Shown piece after piece: positions 14,605 to 27,442 of a stretch of DNA of 64,000 bases (position 1 is its first letter; every line of letters starts with the position of its first letter). A program made the translations under genes and the position numbers. Origin of the DNA: Macrostomum lignano. Its lineage: Eukaryota. Under the pieces are notes generated by a model. The model was not told the DNA's origin and did no database searches. It saw nothing but the letters and a program-made list of their open reading frames with translations. The DNA lies in NCBI GenBank assembly GCA_002269645.1, contig NIVC01001945.1, positions 124,001-188,000 on the forward strand, read 5' to 3'.

Positions 14605-17600
14605 TTTAGATGTATATATCCTATTACAATACTTTATTGTATTGGCTAGCCTCGGCTTGTTAGTTTTTATAGCTACAAAGTGCAAATCAAAAAAATTAAT
14701 ATTGGTCTTATTTATTTGTCTAATAATATAGGTCACTAATGCTCAAATAGTAGGACTAGGCCTATCATTATCAAGTAGCTAAAATCTTCAAAAAACAAGA
14801 ATATAGCCTCTAGCTATAAGTTTTTTAGGCATAGTTCATATACCTAAGTCAGCAAAAGCTGATTTTAGTTAGTCTTCTAATAGCGCCTTAGGTCTAATAG
14901 CTTTTATAGTTTTAACCTTGGTCTAGCAATGATCTTATTGGCTAAGCCTCATTCAACCTATTTATTGCTTATAAACCAGATTATATTAACCAATGAAAAC
15001 AATATACTTCGTTTTATGTACCAACTATTAAAAGAAACTGTCGATACAGTAATATCTTATATTATAAATTATAGGCCTAATTTAATTTTAATAGACCAAG
15101 CTTGAATTAGGCTAATCGCCTAATGGCAATAGGCTTAAGGCTAAGTAGTAGCCTACAGCTATACCTGTATAGTGTATATATTGTTTGTAACCATGCATAT
15201 GCATAATAAAATTAGGCCTAGCTTACTATAATACGGAGCCATATATCTTTTCAAAAATCAGACTTTATACATTATAAGGCCAATATGCTATGCAGGCAGC
15301 ATAGGTAGGCCTCGAGAGTCGAGACAGAGAGTGGAGAGAGACCTAGATAAACGAAATAGTACAGATCTTTTATCTTTGCTTTGGTTGTTTAGGCCTATAT
15401 GATAGTGACAATAACCTAATGCTGGTAGCCTACTAGTAGTAGCTTACATTTTAGTTGCCTTAGTACTAATAGTATAAGTATTATCCAACAGTCTAATAAG
15501 ACCTTGCTGTTCAAAAGGCCAATATAACTAACCGACTTGACCGACTTTCTTTTTTACAAAACAAGAACCCATCTTGCGCGAGCGCGACTCCAGAATTCTC
15601 CCTAGGCCTAGGGTACATGACTTGACCGAATTTACTGATTTGGGGCCAACAAGACAGAGGGCAATAAAACTCTGACTCTGCGTCTCGTGCGCAAACCGTC
15701 GGACTGGGGAGGGGGGGGGGTTCGCAGGACAAAGTGGCGTGATTATTAGTTGGTCCGCCCGCGTGCACGAGAAATTTGTGTACAAGAGGAGGGGGGTAAA
15801 AAATAAGAATAAGTGTGCGTTTGCCCCAAAGTTCAGCCAGTACAATTTATATTTAGGTTTGCCTGTGTTGTACGAGTTGAGAGTAACATGCAATTGACAA
15901 CTTAATCTTTAAACTTTGGCTATAAAATTAATTTTAATTGAAAGCGTTTTAAAATCAGAATAAGTTGAATAAGTTAATCAGAATAAATCATAGACTTCGA
16001 CTATTATAGCTCACATTATAATAGTCAAATTTCAAATAACACAAATCTTATACAAAGTCAATTCATAACAGAATAATGAATTAAACGGGTAGAGAGAAGG
16101 AAGTTCACCGTCAAGCGTCAACGCGTCAATCATTATTCTCGGAAATTATTGATATCTGTCTCCTGTCCTATGGCCATTAAGAAACCGTATTGAATATTCT
16201 AAATGAATTGAATGGCTGACACTGACATTACTGACAAGTATCCATGATATGTGGCAAAAGTCCCGACTCCCTCTCCGAGTCTCCATCCACAACTCCACGT
16301 ATTGAGCCGGATGGTTCGTTCCACGACTACCACAATATTTGACTGCTACGCTAATCCAAACCCTCTCCAAAGCTTCGGGTATTGAAAAGTATTGTTGATA
16401 GTAAAAAATGCGAATGATTCATTAGAATGCCATGTCGATGTCACGTGTCAGTCACTGCCTCTGCTCTGCTTCCTTAGCTTTAAATAGCAAACAGCGCCCC
16501 CCCGTTGATCAAAAATTGATAAAATCCGAAGTTTTGACGCAAACGTAAATATTTTTTTCGCATTTCCGGTAGCTTATTATAGTAAACCAAAGATTGCCTG
16601 CCTCATTCTTGCTACTTTCGTACTTGCTGTTGTAGATACAGAAACAGAGTCAAGTCAAGACAATATAACTGTACTTTTACGTTGACTAATTTTTGAATTG
16701 CAATGTGAGCAGTGGCGCAACCAGAAATCTGGTGGGCGGGGGTAAATTCCTGGGAGTCAAGAGAGCCGGAAGGGATCGGACCTTTATTCCAGCCTTTTCC
16801 CCTCGGGATTCGCTAACTGAATAACAAAGCCCTGAATATAATGACGTAGCCTAGAATTAACCTCTATGAGCGTATTATCGATGTATAGGACACAAGGGTC
16901 ATGATAGAGATTAGAGAATTTCTAGCGCATACATGTAACTGCGGGCCAGAGGTTGGGAGAGACGGGAGAAAAGAGAAGAGAGCTGAAAACAGACAAACCT
17001 TGAGCAGGCAGATGGATTTTTTTTAAGTTTCAAAAGGACCCAAGGGAGTTTGCCGACTCCTAAAAGTATACAGCTTACATGTATGTATGTAGGGTAGAGG
17101 CCTCGGGCTTGATTAAAGTTTCACTCGCGATCTGGATCCGCCACCCTACCAACAGACTTATTCTGTTTGCGCCACTCTCGTTGATTATTTTAGCTTTAGG
17201 TAGGTTTAGATTGTTATTTTAGGATTAAGAATATCCTAATTTTTTTGCTGATATGGACTGCACATTGTTGCGTTCGATTAATAGCTTTTTTAATGTAGAT
17301 ACTATAGCTATGAACAGTATCTAATATGCATTTAGCACAATAGCATGTACTCCTAAATCCAAATTTGTGTGTCTACACAGTTTATTTATGATATGTACCG
17401 CGGTACATGCAAAATTATTGTAAGTTGAGGTAAGTCTTCGTTTTCCTACTACATGTAGGTATAAGGTTGATGTGGCTTAACGGTATAATATGTACATGTA
17501 AAGACTGTACGAGTCTTTAATTTATTATAGAAGCGAGATATTAATTTCACCCAAACCCCCAACCCCATACTTTGCAAACGTGCTGCAAGGGGCTTTATGG

Positions 17601-17934
17601 AGCCGTCCTTCGGTTCTCGAAGCGTGAACTCAGGGTCAGGGCCCGGCTCCGAGGTGACCGAAAAGACGCATGGTCACTTCGATTACCGCTGACTAAGCCT
17701 TCATCACCTAAGCCGAACTCATCATCAATCGATGAAGCGTGCCAACCCGAGAACATCTCACAGCTCGTCAGTTTCTCAGATCTTCATCCTGCGCCGGCAG
17801 CAGCGGCGACTTTAACTGGCAGGCTACAGGTGACGCCGGAAATTTCCGGGATCCCTATAGCCAAGTCTTTTCACTCCTTTGTGATCCCTAGCAACGAGCT
17901 ACATGTACATGTAGGCCTTTGAAATTGTCTATTG

Positions 17935-18230
17935 TCACCGCACCGGCCTGGTCCGTCCAAGCGACCTGTTGCGCCGTCGGCAACTCCAGCTGGCAGGCCA
18001 TATCATCCGCGCCGAGTCGTACTGCCCAGAGCCGGTGCCGGAGATGCTGCTGCTAACGCTGCAGGCACCCTACCGGCGGGGGCAGGCGCGCACTCGGCGT
18101 TTCGTCGACTGCCTGCTGGCTGACGCCGGCGCCCCAGATTCGGCCGGTGGCGTGGCGTTCATCCGCGACCTGGCCTTGAGGCGCGCCCTGTGACGCTAAC
18201 CTGCGTATTCTGTTGTTGCTGTTGTCTACT
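17935..18230 (+). mobile_element. 5'-truncated LINE 3' end (RTE-like RT C-terminus) with a TGT-rich tail
   Basis: Translation LLRRRQLQLAGHIIR...P...LLL...RRGQARTRRFVDCLLADAG...RDLALRRAL* matches the RTE-type C-terminus, followed by TGTTGTTGCTGTTGT. Confidence 0.7.
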
Positions 18231-18677
18231 GTATACCGGACTAAAACTTACCTTCAGGACGTTGCACGATTGCTGGCGCGCACTTCATCGATAAAAAATT
18301 ATGCTGCTATATTTTTATAAGCAAATTAAATTGCAGTTTTGATTGTGTACCATCAGCGCGTGTACTACGTACTATCATTTATTGCCTTAATGCTGCTTCT
18401 GTTTGCTACATGTATCTAGGGGTTCCATTGTGCTCTTCTGCCTCGCCCTTCATTGCGCCTGGGCATTTCATAATTTTTTACCTATCTTCTGGCTTAGGGT
18501 CAAAACTTCAGATTTCCAACTCTTATATGTACAAGAGCGCTTTATTATTGTCGCATAGCACCAAGAATTAGGGGTGCTCAGGATGGCCGTTTTCTCGGGG
18601 TTCGCGGTTTACGGCGAAACTCAAATCCCATTCCTAAGCTTAATCCCAGTGCGGTATATTACACGTACACCTGCATT

Positions 18678-19168
18678 CATGGGCGTCGCCATGGATTTTA
18701 TGGTGGGGGGGGGACAAAGCGAAGAATTCAACATGTACGTGTAATGACCAAATTTCTACATTTCCAATTATTTTGAGAATCGTGTTGTCAGCGCCACAGG
18801 CACTCATTTTGGCGCCGTAGACATTCATTTTAGCGCCGTATTCCACTCAATTTGGAGTCGTAGGCACTCAATTTGGAGTCGTAGGCACTCATTTTGGAGT
18901 CGTAGGCACTCATTTTGGAGTCGTAGGCACTCAATTTGGAGTCGTAGGCACTCATTTTGGCGCCATAGGCACTCATTTTGGCGCCGTAGGCACTCATTTT
19001 GGCGCCGTAGGCACTCATTTTGGCGCCCTCAAGAAAAATGTTTGATTACCACAACGAGTCACAAGGTGGGGGGGACAAAGCATTAGCAAGTCCTCCCCCC
19101 CCCAAAGCTTTTACTGGGGGGGGGGACATGTCCCACCCGTCCCCCCCCCCGTTGGCGCGACGCGCCTG
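18678..19168. mobile_element. hAT-like MITE containing a 21-bp minisatellite (GGCACTCATTTTGGCGCCGTA, about 11 copies, 18799-19027)
   Basis: Imperfect TIRs CATGGGCGTCGCCA and TGGCGCGACGCGCCTG. Near-TSD CCTGCATT / CATGCATT. Confidence 0.55.
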
Positions 19169-20184
19169 CATGCATTGTATATTTAACGCACGAGTATACT
19201 TACACTACCAATAGACAGAGCTTTTAATGACATTTTGGCAGCCTGTCAAATTTTGTAAAAAAACCACCACTGCATATGTAAGCTTGCAAAGTTATTTTTC
19301 TTCTGTCAGAACTGTTCATTTCTTTATCGCCCTGGAGCACACTCGAAAACTAGTTTGAGATCTGGGCCGCGTTCTATGTCTACTCTTCAACCCGCAAATG
19401 ACAAATAAGTTTGCCACTGCGAGTTCGCTGTGCTCGCTGTATGCAGAAATTTTTCGACTGCTTATCTTCGAAACTGCGGCACTGTCTTGCACCTTTTAAT
19501 TGTGTGTACACTTGCGCTATATTTAGATATATCTCTTCTTATGATGACGCATATATATATATAACAAACATTATTTATGGGTCAATAATTGCCCGCTTAA
19601 AACTTGAATTTTAGCGCTTGCCATGAGTTATGTTTATACATGTCTTTTTGACAAAAAATTTTATCTTAAGCCAAAAGTTTTTCTACCGATTGGCATTCAG
19701 ATATGCAAAATGCAAAATGCAATAAAAAATCATACTTTAAATGTTGTCATCCGTTAATTTGCATAAAATTATATTTATTGTGCTTGTAATTTATTCTGAA
19801 GCGCTTTAACAGCTTGCTTCTCAGCAGAAAAACAGATGAATTAATCTACTACTTTAATTATTTTGCTGGGTACTTTTGCTTGCGAGCCTGTTAAAAAACA
19901 CTCGAAATGATGAGACTCGAAATTAACTCAAGCAAGAGTTCAAACTGCACGTCTTTGCAGCTCATGCAGAACTTTTGAAACTCTCGTTCGTTAAATTATG
20001 CGCTAAGTTAATTGAAGCAAAATCGTGTGCTTTCTTGTTCTTTAGCTTCTACTCAAAGTAGTAGTATAAGCAGGGGCGGGACACTATAAGTATAGTTGCA
20101 TAAATAATATGGGCGTGACATTTCGTTCAATAATATAATTTTTTGTGTTACTTTTTCGAAATTTAAAGTGGTAAAATCATATGA

Positions 20185-20914
20185 GTGCTGGCCCCTGGTG
20201 CTGGCGCCCCTGGTGCTGGCGCCCCTGGTGCTGGCGCCCCTGGTGCTGGCGCCCCTGGTGCTGGCGCCCCTGGTGCTGGCGCCCCTGGTGCTGGCGCCCC
20301 TGGTGCTGGCGCCCCTGGTGCTGGCGCCCCTGGTGCTGGCGCCCCTGGTGCTGGCGCCCCTGGTGCTGGCGCCCCTGGTGCTGGCGCCCCTGGTGCTGGC
20401 GCCCCTGGTGCTGGCGCCCCTGGTGCTGGCGCCCCTGGTGCTGGCGCCCCTGGTGCTGGCGCCCCTGGTGCTGGCGCCCCTGGTGCTGGCGCCCCTGGTG
20501 CTGGCGCCCCTGGTGCTGGCGCCCCTGGTGCTGGCGCCCCTGGTGCTGGCGCCCCTGGTGCTGGCGCCCCTGGTGCTGGCGCCCCTGGTGCTGGCGCCCC
20601 TGGTGCTGGCGCCCCTGGTGCTGGCGCCCCTGGTGCTGGCGCCCCTGGTGCTGGCGCCCCTGGTGCTGGCGCCCCTGGTGCTGGCGCCCCTGGTGCTGGC
20701 GCCCCTGGTGCTGGCGCCCCTGGTGCTGGCGCCCCTGGTGCTGGCGCCCCTGGTGCTGGCGCCCCTGGTGCTAAATCCCCTGGTGCTGGCGCCCCTAGTG
20801 CTAAATCCCCTGGTGCTGGCGCCCCTAGTGCTAAATCCCCTGGTGCTGGCGCCCCTAGTGCTAAATCCCCTGGTGCTGGCGCCCCTAGTGCTAAATCCCC
20901 TGGTGCTGGCACCC
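20185..20914. repeat. 15-bp GC-rich minisatellite (GCTGGCGCCCCTGGT)n, about 48 copies
   Basis: Perfect tandem array. Variant units (GCTAAATCCCCTGGT, GCTGGCGCCCCTAGT) occur only at the right end. Confidence 0.98.
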
Positions 20915-21374
20915 AGTCAAATTCAGTGTACATGTAGATTACAATAAAGGCCCCTCCAAAACGGCTTTCCTCAGTTAGCATGTTTATGTTTTCTCTCCCT
21001 CTGTCTAGTTCAGTCTTGTTCTTATCTCCCTCTGCCCTCTGATTGGCTCTTAGATCTTGCCTGTCTCCTTAGTCACGCACTCCACCCCTCCTTTTGTTAT
21101 CTCTTTCCTTCACTGCCAACGGATTGGCTCTTCAATCTCTTCTTCATCAGTCGCGCACTCCACCGCTTCACTCCACTCCACTTCTTCTCTTATCTACACT
21201 CAACCCCGTTGCGGCCAAGGACCACTGTAGTCCTTGGTTCCGATTCAAGGATTCAAAGTTAATTGTCGCCTTGTTAAACCACCTGTGAGTTTTTTTAGTT
21301 GTTTTATTTTTGAAGGCGAGGGCGAAGTGATCTGTGGGACAGTGCCTCGGGGGCGGGGTGGCAGCTGCCCTCCC

Positions 21375-24300
21375 TGTAGCGAGCAACTCTGGCTGGTTGT
21401 TGCGAGTGTTAGTTAGCCACTCAAAAAGGTGAAGAAATAGAATGTGGCTGTGCCTGTATATTTATTGTCTGGTAGAACACAGATTTCCGGTTCGTTGAGT
21501 GCGCGTTGGGATGTGCTCGAGCAGAGGGAAGTGGATAGGCTGGGTGGGGGTCACGGAGTGCAAACTAGGTACCCGAACTGCCTGCCTGCGCATGCTACAT
21601 CCCTCGTCTGGTGGATTGGAACCCGGGGTGGGGTTGGGTACAACGTTGGGTTCATGTTACGTGCGATCGAGCAATCAGTATCAGTCATTAGAGTCAATGA
21701 TCAGTCCTTGCTGCTGTTCCGCCAGCTGTCAGATGTCCAGAGCCTTTCGCCGGTCGCCCTCTTCGTAGCGTTTCGGCGTCTCCTTGGCCTGTCGGGGGTG
21801 CGGCCTGTTGGCGAGAGGGACGTCCTGGTTGCCGGTTGGCTCGGACGGGCCGGTTGGTTCATCCGGCCGGCTGTCCTGTCCGCTGTCGCGTTCTCCGGGG
21901 TCACCCGGCCACTCGTCGGCTGCCTGGGAGACACGCTTGACGTGGCTGGCGTGCCTGGAGCACCTCTGGCCGGCCCGTTGGAGCTGCAGGGTGTTTCCGC
22001 GGACTTCTGTCACGGTCCATGGCGAGGCCTCGAAGAAGGGGTCGGTCTTGCTGCGGTTGGTGAGCCGGCGAAGTACGAGGTCGCCTACGGTGATCTGGTG
22101 GTCGGTGGCGCCCCTCTTGCTGTCGGCGAAGGCCTTCATCCGCTCCTTCGCCCTGGAGTCGTGGTCGCGGACGGTCTGTCGCCTGGCGTCAACCGGCCGG
22201 GAGTGGCGCAAGCTGGGGATCGTGTCGTTGAGCTGTCGACCGAATAGCAGGTCGGCTGGGGCCATGCCGGTTGCTGCGTGCGGTGTTCGCCGGTATGCAG
22301 CCAGGTAGTCGTCCAGTGCCGCCTGCCAGTCGCTGCCTTCCAGAATCGCCGCTCTGATTGCCTTATTGAGGCCTCGGTTGCATCGCTCTACGAGTCCGTT
22401 GGCTTGGGGATGCAGCGGCGTAGTCCGATGGTGGTGGACGCCCTGGCTGCGCAGGAAGGCGTTGAATTCTGCGGACGAGAATGGCGGGCCGTTGTCGGTG
22501 GTGATCTTGACTGGCTGGCCGAACGTGCTGAACCACTGGCGGAGGGTTCGGATGACCGGAGCTGCCGCTGTCGACCCCGACATCGTCTGTACCAGTGGGA
22601 AACGTGAAAAATAGTCGGTGCACACCAGCAGCATGTGGCCTCTGATCGGTCCCAGGAAGTCCAGGCCCAGCTCTAGCCACGGCCCCTGCGGCAGCTCAGT
22701 CGGCTGAAGTGGGGCTGCCTTCAATTCGGCTGTGTTCGTGCAGGCCTTGCAGCTGAGGCAGGAGTTTACGAAGTTCTCGACGGAGGCCCGCATTGAGGGC
22801 CACCAGACCTTTGTCTGGAGGCGTGCCAATGTTTTCTGGACACCCAGGTGGCCTTGGTGCGCCAGCTGCAGGCAGCGGTAGCGCAGAATGGCAGGAACGA
22901 CGATTTGGTGCCCTTTGAGCAGGAGTCCGTTGTATTGTGAGAGCTCGTGCCGCAGGCCGTACAGGCTGCGCGTGTCGTGGCTATCGAGTTGCCACCGACG
23001 GGACCGGAGCCCGGATACGGCGGCTTGGATCGCCTTGTCGCCTGCGGCGGCAACCTTGATCGTTTCGAGGCTGATGCTGTTCGGTGCTGCTGCCTGTGCT
23101 GTCATTGCGATGTAAGCCGTGTCGAGATCCTCACCCTGGTTGTTCGGCGATGTTGGACGTGGCTGGCGGCTCAGGACATCTGCCGGGTTATCTGCCCCCG
23201 GCTGGTAGATGACTTCGAAGTGGAGATCCTGCAGCCGAAGTGCCATGCGCTCGATCCGTGGCGGGGGCCGCGAGCCGGGGCTGAGCAGGCTGACCAGCGG
23301 CTTGTGGTCGGTGATGACCTTGAACTTTGGGCAGCCGCTAAGGTAGTGGTGAACTTGAGGCAGCCGAATTTGACGGCCAGCGCCTCTCTCTCTGTCTGCG
23401 AGTAGCGCTGCTCGGTGTCACTGAGGCTGCGGCTGGCGTAGGCGATTGGCCTGGTGAGGCCGCCAGGTTGCACCTGGGCGAGGATCGCCCCGAGGCCGGT
23501 CGGGCTGGCGTCGACGATCAGCCTGGTCTCGCAGTTCTTGTTGAAGAAGGCAAGCGTGGTGCTGTGAGCGATCGACTGCTTGATTGTCTGAAAGGCTGAG
23601 GCTTGCTGTGGACCCCACGACCATTTCACGTTCTTCTTGGTCAGCTCTCGAAGTGGCCTCGCTTTGTCGGCGAGGTTTGGGATGAAGCGGGCTACGAATG
23701 TGACGAGTCCGAGAAAGGACCGCACCTCCGTTGCATTTTCTGGTCGCTTGAAGTTGGCCACAGCTTCCAGCTTTTCCTCGGTCGGTTGGATTCCGACCGC
23801 CGAGAGGCGCATGGCCAGGAAGTCGGCCTGCTGGGTTGCAATGCGGCATTTGCGGGGGTTCAGAGTCACGTTGTGTTGACGCAGCCTGTCAAGGCAGTTG
23901 CGCAGCCTCTCGTTGTGCTCCTTTATGGTGCTGGCGAAGATAATGATATCGTCATGGACCCACCGCACGCCTCTCAAACCGCTCAGGATAGATGTCATGA
24001 CGCGCTGTAGGATTTCGGATGCTGAGGTAAATCCCATGCAAAGGCGCTTGAGGCGGAGCAGGCCCAGAGGCGTTGAGAAAGTGAGCAGCTGCCGGGACTC
24101 CTCGCTGACCTCGATCTGGTGGAAGGCCTTGGCAACGTCTAGTTCGGAGAAATAGGTGGAGCCGGCCATCTCGTCGGTGACTTCTTCGAATGTCGGTATT
24201 GGCTGCTTTTCTGGAATGACGTACTTATTGACGTCCCTCAGGTCCTGCGTGATGCGGATTTCGCCTGGCGAGGCCTTTGGAACGACCACCATGCGTGAAC

Positions 24301-25995
24301 TCCAAGCGCTGGGCCCCGTCACTCGCTCCAGGATGCCGGCTGCTAGCTGGCCCTTCAGCTCCTTTTCCACGGCGGTTCGAAGATGCACTGGAACTCGAGA
24401 CGGAGGGTGGCAGACTGGCACCGCTTCTTCCTTCAGCTGGATGCTGACTGAGACGCCCTTGATGCAGCCGATTCCTTGAAACCTGTCGCTGAACTCCTTC
24501 ATGATCGATGACAGTCGCAAGTCTTGCGGAAGGTGCAGGTCGTTAACCGTTGGTGTCAGTCCGGCGGTGAGAGCTGTCTCGGCCTGCGGTCCGACCCTCA
24601 GCATCCCCATCTGCGTGCTTGTCTCGCGGCCTAGGATGGTGATGCAGTCCTCTCTGATGACGATGAAGCGCACTCTCTCCGAGTTGCCGTTGATCTTCGT
24701 GTGCAGAGTGATCTGGCCAGCGGGTGTCAGGGGCCTCGCTGCTCCGAGAGGATAGACCCTCGTGTGCGTGGGCTGAAGCGCCCGCTCGGGTGCTCCCGTT
24801 AGATGAAGGGTCCGCTGGCTGAGCACGTTGCAGCTCGCACCGCTGTCGATCAGGACGGGTACGTTCGCGCCGTTGATGACCGCTTTGAAGGTGGCGCTTG
24901 TGCGGCTGGGATCGAGGTTGGAGAATACCGCCTCCGCCAGGTGCGCCACTGCTGGTTCCTCTGGCTCAGGCTCTGCCATGTTGATGCGTGCGCGGCCGCT
25001 TAGGCAGGCCTTCGCCAGGTGGTGCAGCTTGCCGCAGTTGCTGCAGCGCTTGCCTTGGGCCCGGTTGCAAGTGCGGTGGCCGGGCTCTCCGCACCGCAGG
25101 CATTTGTCGGCCGGGCTGGCTGGCGGGCGCCTGGTGGGGCGCTTGTCGCGAGCCGCATGCACTTCTTCAGCTGGTCCGGCTGCCGAGCGCTCCATGATTG
25201 CCGCTTGCTGGCTGGCTGCTTCGTTTGTTCTCGCCAGCTGGAGGGCCTCGGGGAGGCTGATGTTGGGCACGTTGAGCAGCCGCTTTCGGAGGGATTCACT
25301 GCGGCAGCAGGCGACGATCTGGTCGCGGATGAGGGACTGGCGCAGCTCTCCGAACTGGCAGGCCTCAGCCGCGTTGCACAGTCGGTTGTACCAGCTGTCG
25401 ATGCCTTCGCCGTCTAGCTGCGTGCACTGGCGGAATTGGTACCGGGTGAACACCACATTGTCGCGTCCTTGAAAGTGCTGAGTTAGCGCCGCTATGAGTG
25501 AGTCAAGCGTTTGCTGCTCCGGCTGGTCAGTGGCGGGACGCGTCTGTGAGATCTCTTTAAAGATGTCTGCAACCTCTTTTCCCACGGTATACAGGAGGAT
25601 TTCCTGCTTCTGGGCGTCGTCCGAGATTCCTGATGCTGCCAAGAATCGCTTTAGTGTGGTGGCCCACTCTGTCCAGCGCTTGCTGACGGTGTGGGGGTCC
25701 GCACTGATGCTGAATGCGGATGGCGGCTGTAGCTGTAGTAGCGCCATTGGGTTCTGGCTTGTGACGCCAATGTAGCGAGCAACTCTGGCTGGTTGTTGCG
25801 AGTGTTAGTTAGCCACTCAAAAAGGTGAAGAAATAGAATGTGGCTGTGCCTGTATATTTATTGTCTGGTAGAACACAGATTTCCGGTTCGTTGAGTGCGC
25901 GTTGGGATGTGCTCGAGCAGAGGGAAGTGGATAGGCTGGGTGGGGGTCACGGAGTGCAAACTAGGTACCCGAACTGCCTGCCTGCGCATGCTACA
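21375..25995 (-). mobile_element. Ty3/Gypsy LTR retrotransposon (Mag/K02A2.6-like), recent insertion
   Basis: Identical 225-bp LTRs TGTAG...CTACA (21375-21599, 25771-25995) and a 5-bp TSD CTCCC. PBS-like TGGCGTCAC next to the 5' LTR and purine tract AGACGAGGGA before the 3' LTR. Domain order PR-RT-RH-INT. Confidence 0.97.
21729..25747 (-). CDS. gag-pol polyprotein (2 CCHC knuckles, protease, RT, RNase H, integrase), broken by a 1-bp frameshift near 23351
   Basis: Motifs CLRCGEPGHRTC, CSNCGKLHHLAKAC, LIDSGAS, VHDD, IVDASPTG, YSQTEREALAV, HQGHLG...CLSC, LDFLG, TDNGPPF, NGLVER. The ORFs 23171-25747 and 21729-23246 join if one C is restored (KFHHYLSGCPKFKVITDHKPL). Confidence 0.93.
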
Positions 25996-27442
25996 CTCCC
26001 TGTCTTCACTCTTCTACGGTTCGACCTGAACTTTTGGTTGGGCATGTCTCCATCGCACTACTCAAAGTAATATATAGCTTTTTCTTTCTAAAGGCTTCAA
26101 AAATATCTTTAGAAGCCCTAAATCGTAAGATTCCCTGCAAAATGATTGTTTATGACCAGACAGGGGAGCTTTCGATTGTGCCCATACACATGTACTTTGT
26201 TGTTCGCCTTGAATATTTTCAATTTTCAATCTTGACAAGGCTCCGGCATATAATTACATGTAGGTCACAGTATTGAATTCAACATGAATAAATGAATAAG
26301 GAAAATCAAAAAAAAAAATTTCCACAGTCTTTATCATATCCAAAATCACTAGCCGCTGCAACTGCTACCTTTATTGGAAGAATGAAATCTTAAGACAACT
26401 AGCTTTGCTTACACCAAATACCAACACAGCTTTGAAATTTGTTAAAAACGACAGTTTTTAAACATCAGAAAGGGCTCATGAAACTGACATATATATAATA
26501 TCGTAGGTTGAATGAAGTTAAAATTAGGGAACTTCAAGCTGCAAATTGGCTGCACTAGCAGAATAAGTGTACAGATTGGCTCGTAAAAGCCAAAGGACCG
26601 ATAGGGGCGCAGGAAAATCCCACAATTTCAACCGAATAGGTCTGATTCACGCGTTATTCTCACGTTTCTGCAAGAATTCTACTATAGAAGAATATCATTT
26701 TAGCATGGCGTTTTATTATCTTTTTGAACGTGGCGATTCCTCATTTTTCCACGTCTGCAGATTGAGCGGAAGGCTTCGTCAGTGCAGATATTTTTACGGA
26801 ACTGACTGGGCACTAAAATGGTCAGCAAAATCGTCTGCTTTCCTAGCTAGCCCCCCCCCCCCCGGAAGCAGAAATGTGTTGCCTTCAATACCAGGACTCT
26901 GACCGAATGAATCCAGCAGAGCCACAATGGGCTGAACAAACTAAAAAAGGAATCCTTCAGTGTAAATGTTTTCTAATGCAAGCTAAACCAATAGATTACA
27001 GTAGGATTTCCAACGATTTTTTGTCGTTCATAAATCTCATCTGCTCAACCGTGTCTCTCTAATATCTCTCTCTCCCTCTCTCTTTCTCTCTCACTGTTTT
27101 TGCCAATAACTCAAGTCGTGAAAGCCCGAGAAAGGACTGGCTTACTCCATGTCAGGGAATGCGTTTGCATACCTCGTATCCTGTGTAGAAGCCAAACTAA
27201 ATCAGAGCAGGATCTCGCGCAGAAGCAACAAAAGCCAAATTGAAGTCAGACCTGTTGTTCGTATACCGATACTCATGATATTTATGAGTACTGGTATGAG
27301 TTATGATACCAATACTGTACGTTATCCTAAGTATATAAGTTGAAATTGAAATAAATGTTCAGAATTATTATTATGTCCTGATTAATATGCTGCAGCTGTC
27401 TTTATTACTTAATTACTCTTGTGAAGTCCATGACAAGATTGC

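Noticed and set aside
16710-17177. Possible MITE with CAGTGGCGCAA / TTGCGCCACTC ends
   Set aside because: No matching TSD was found, so the boundaries are unsupported.
20163-20981. Collagen- or silk-like ORFs on both strands
   Set aside because: The pure 15-bp repeat is open in all frames, with no unique coding flanks or synonymous variation.
21444-25472. Plus-strand ORFs (267 aa, 214 aa and others) antisense to gag-pol
   Set aside because: They are shadow ORFs of GC-rich coding sequence, with no recognisable motifs.
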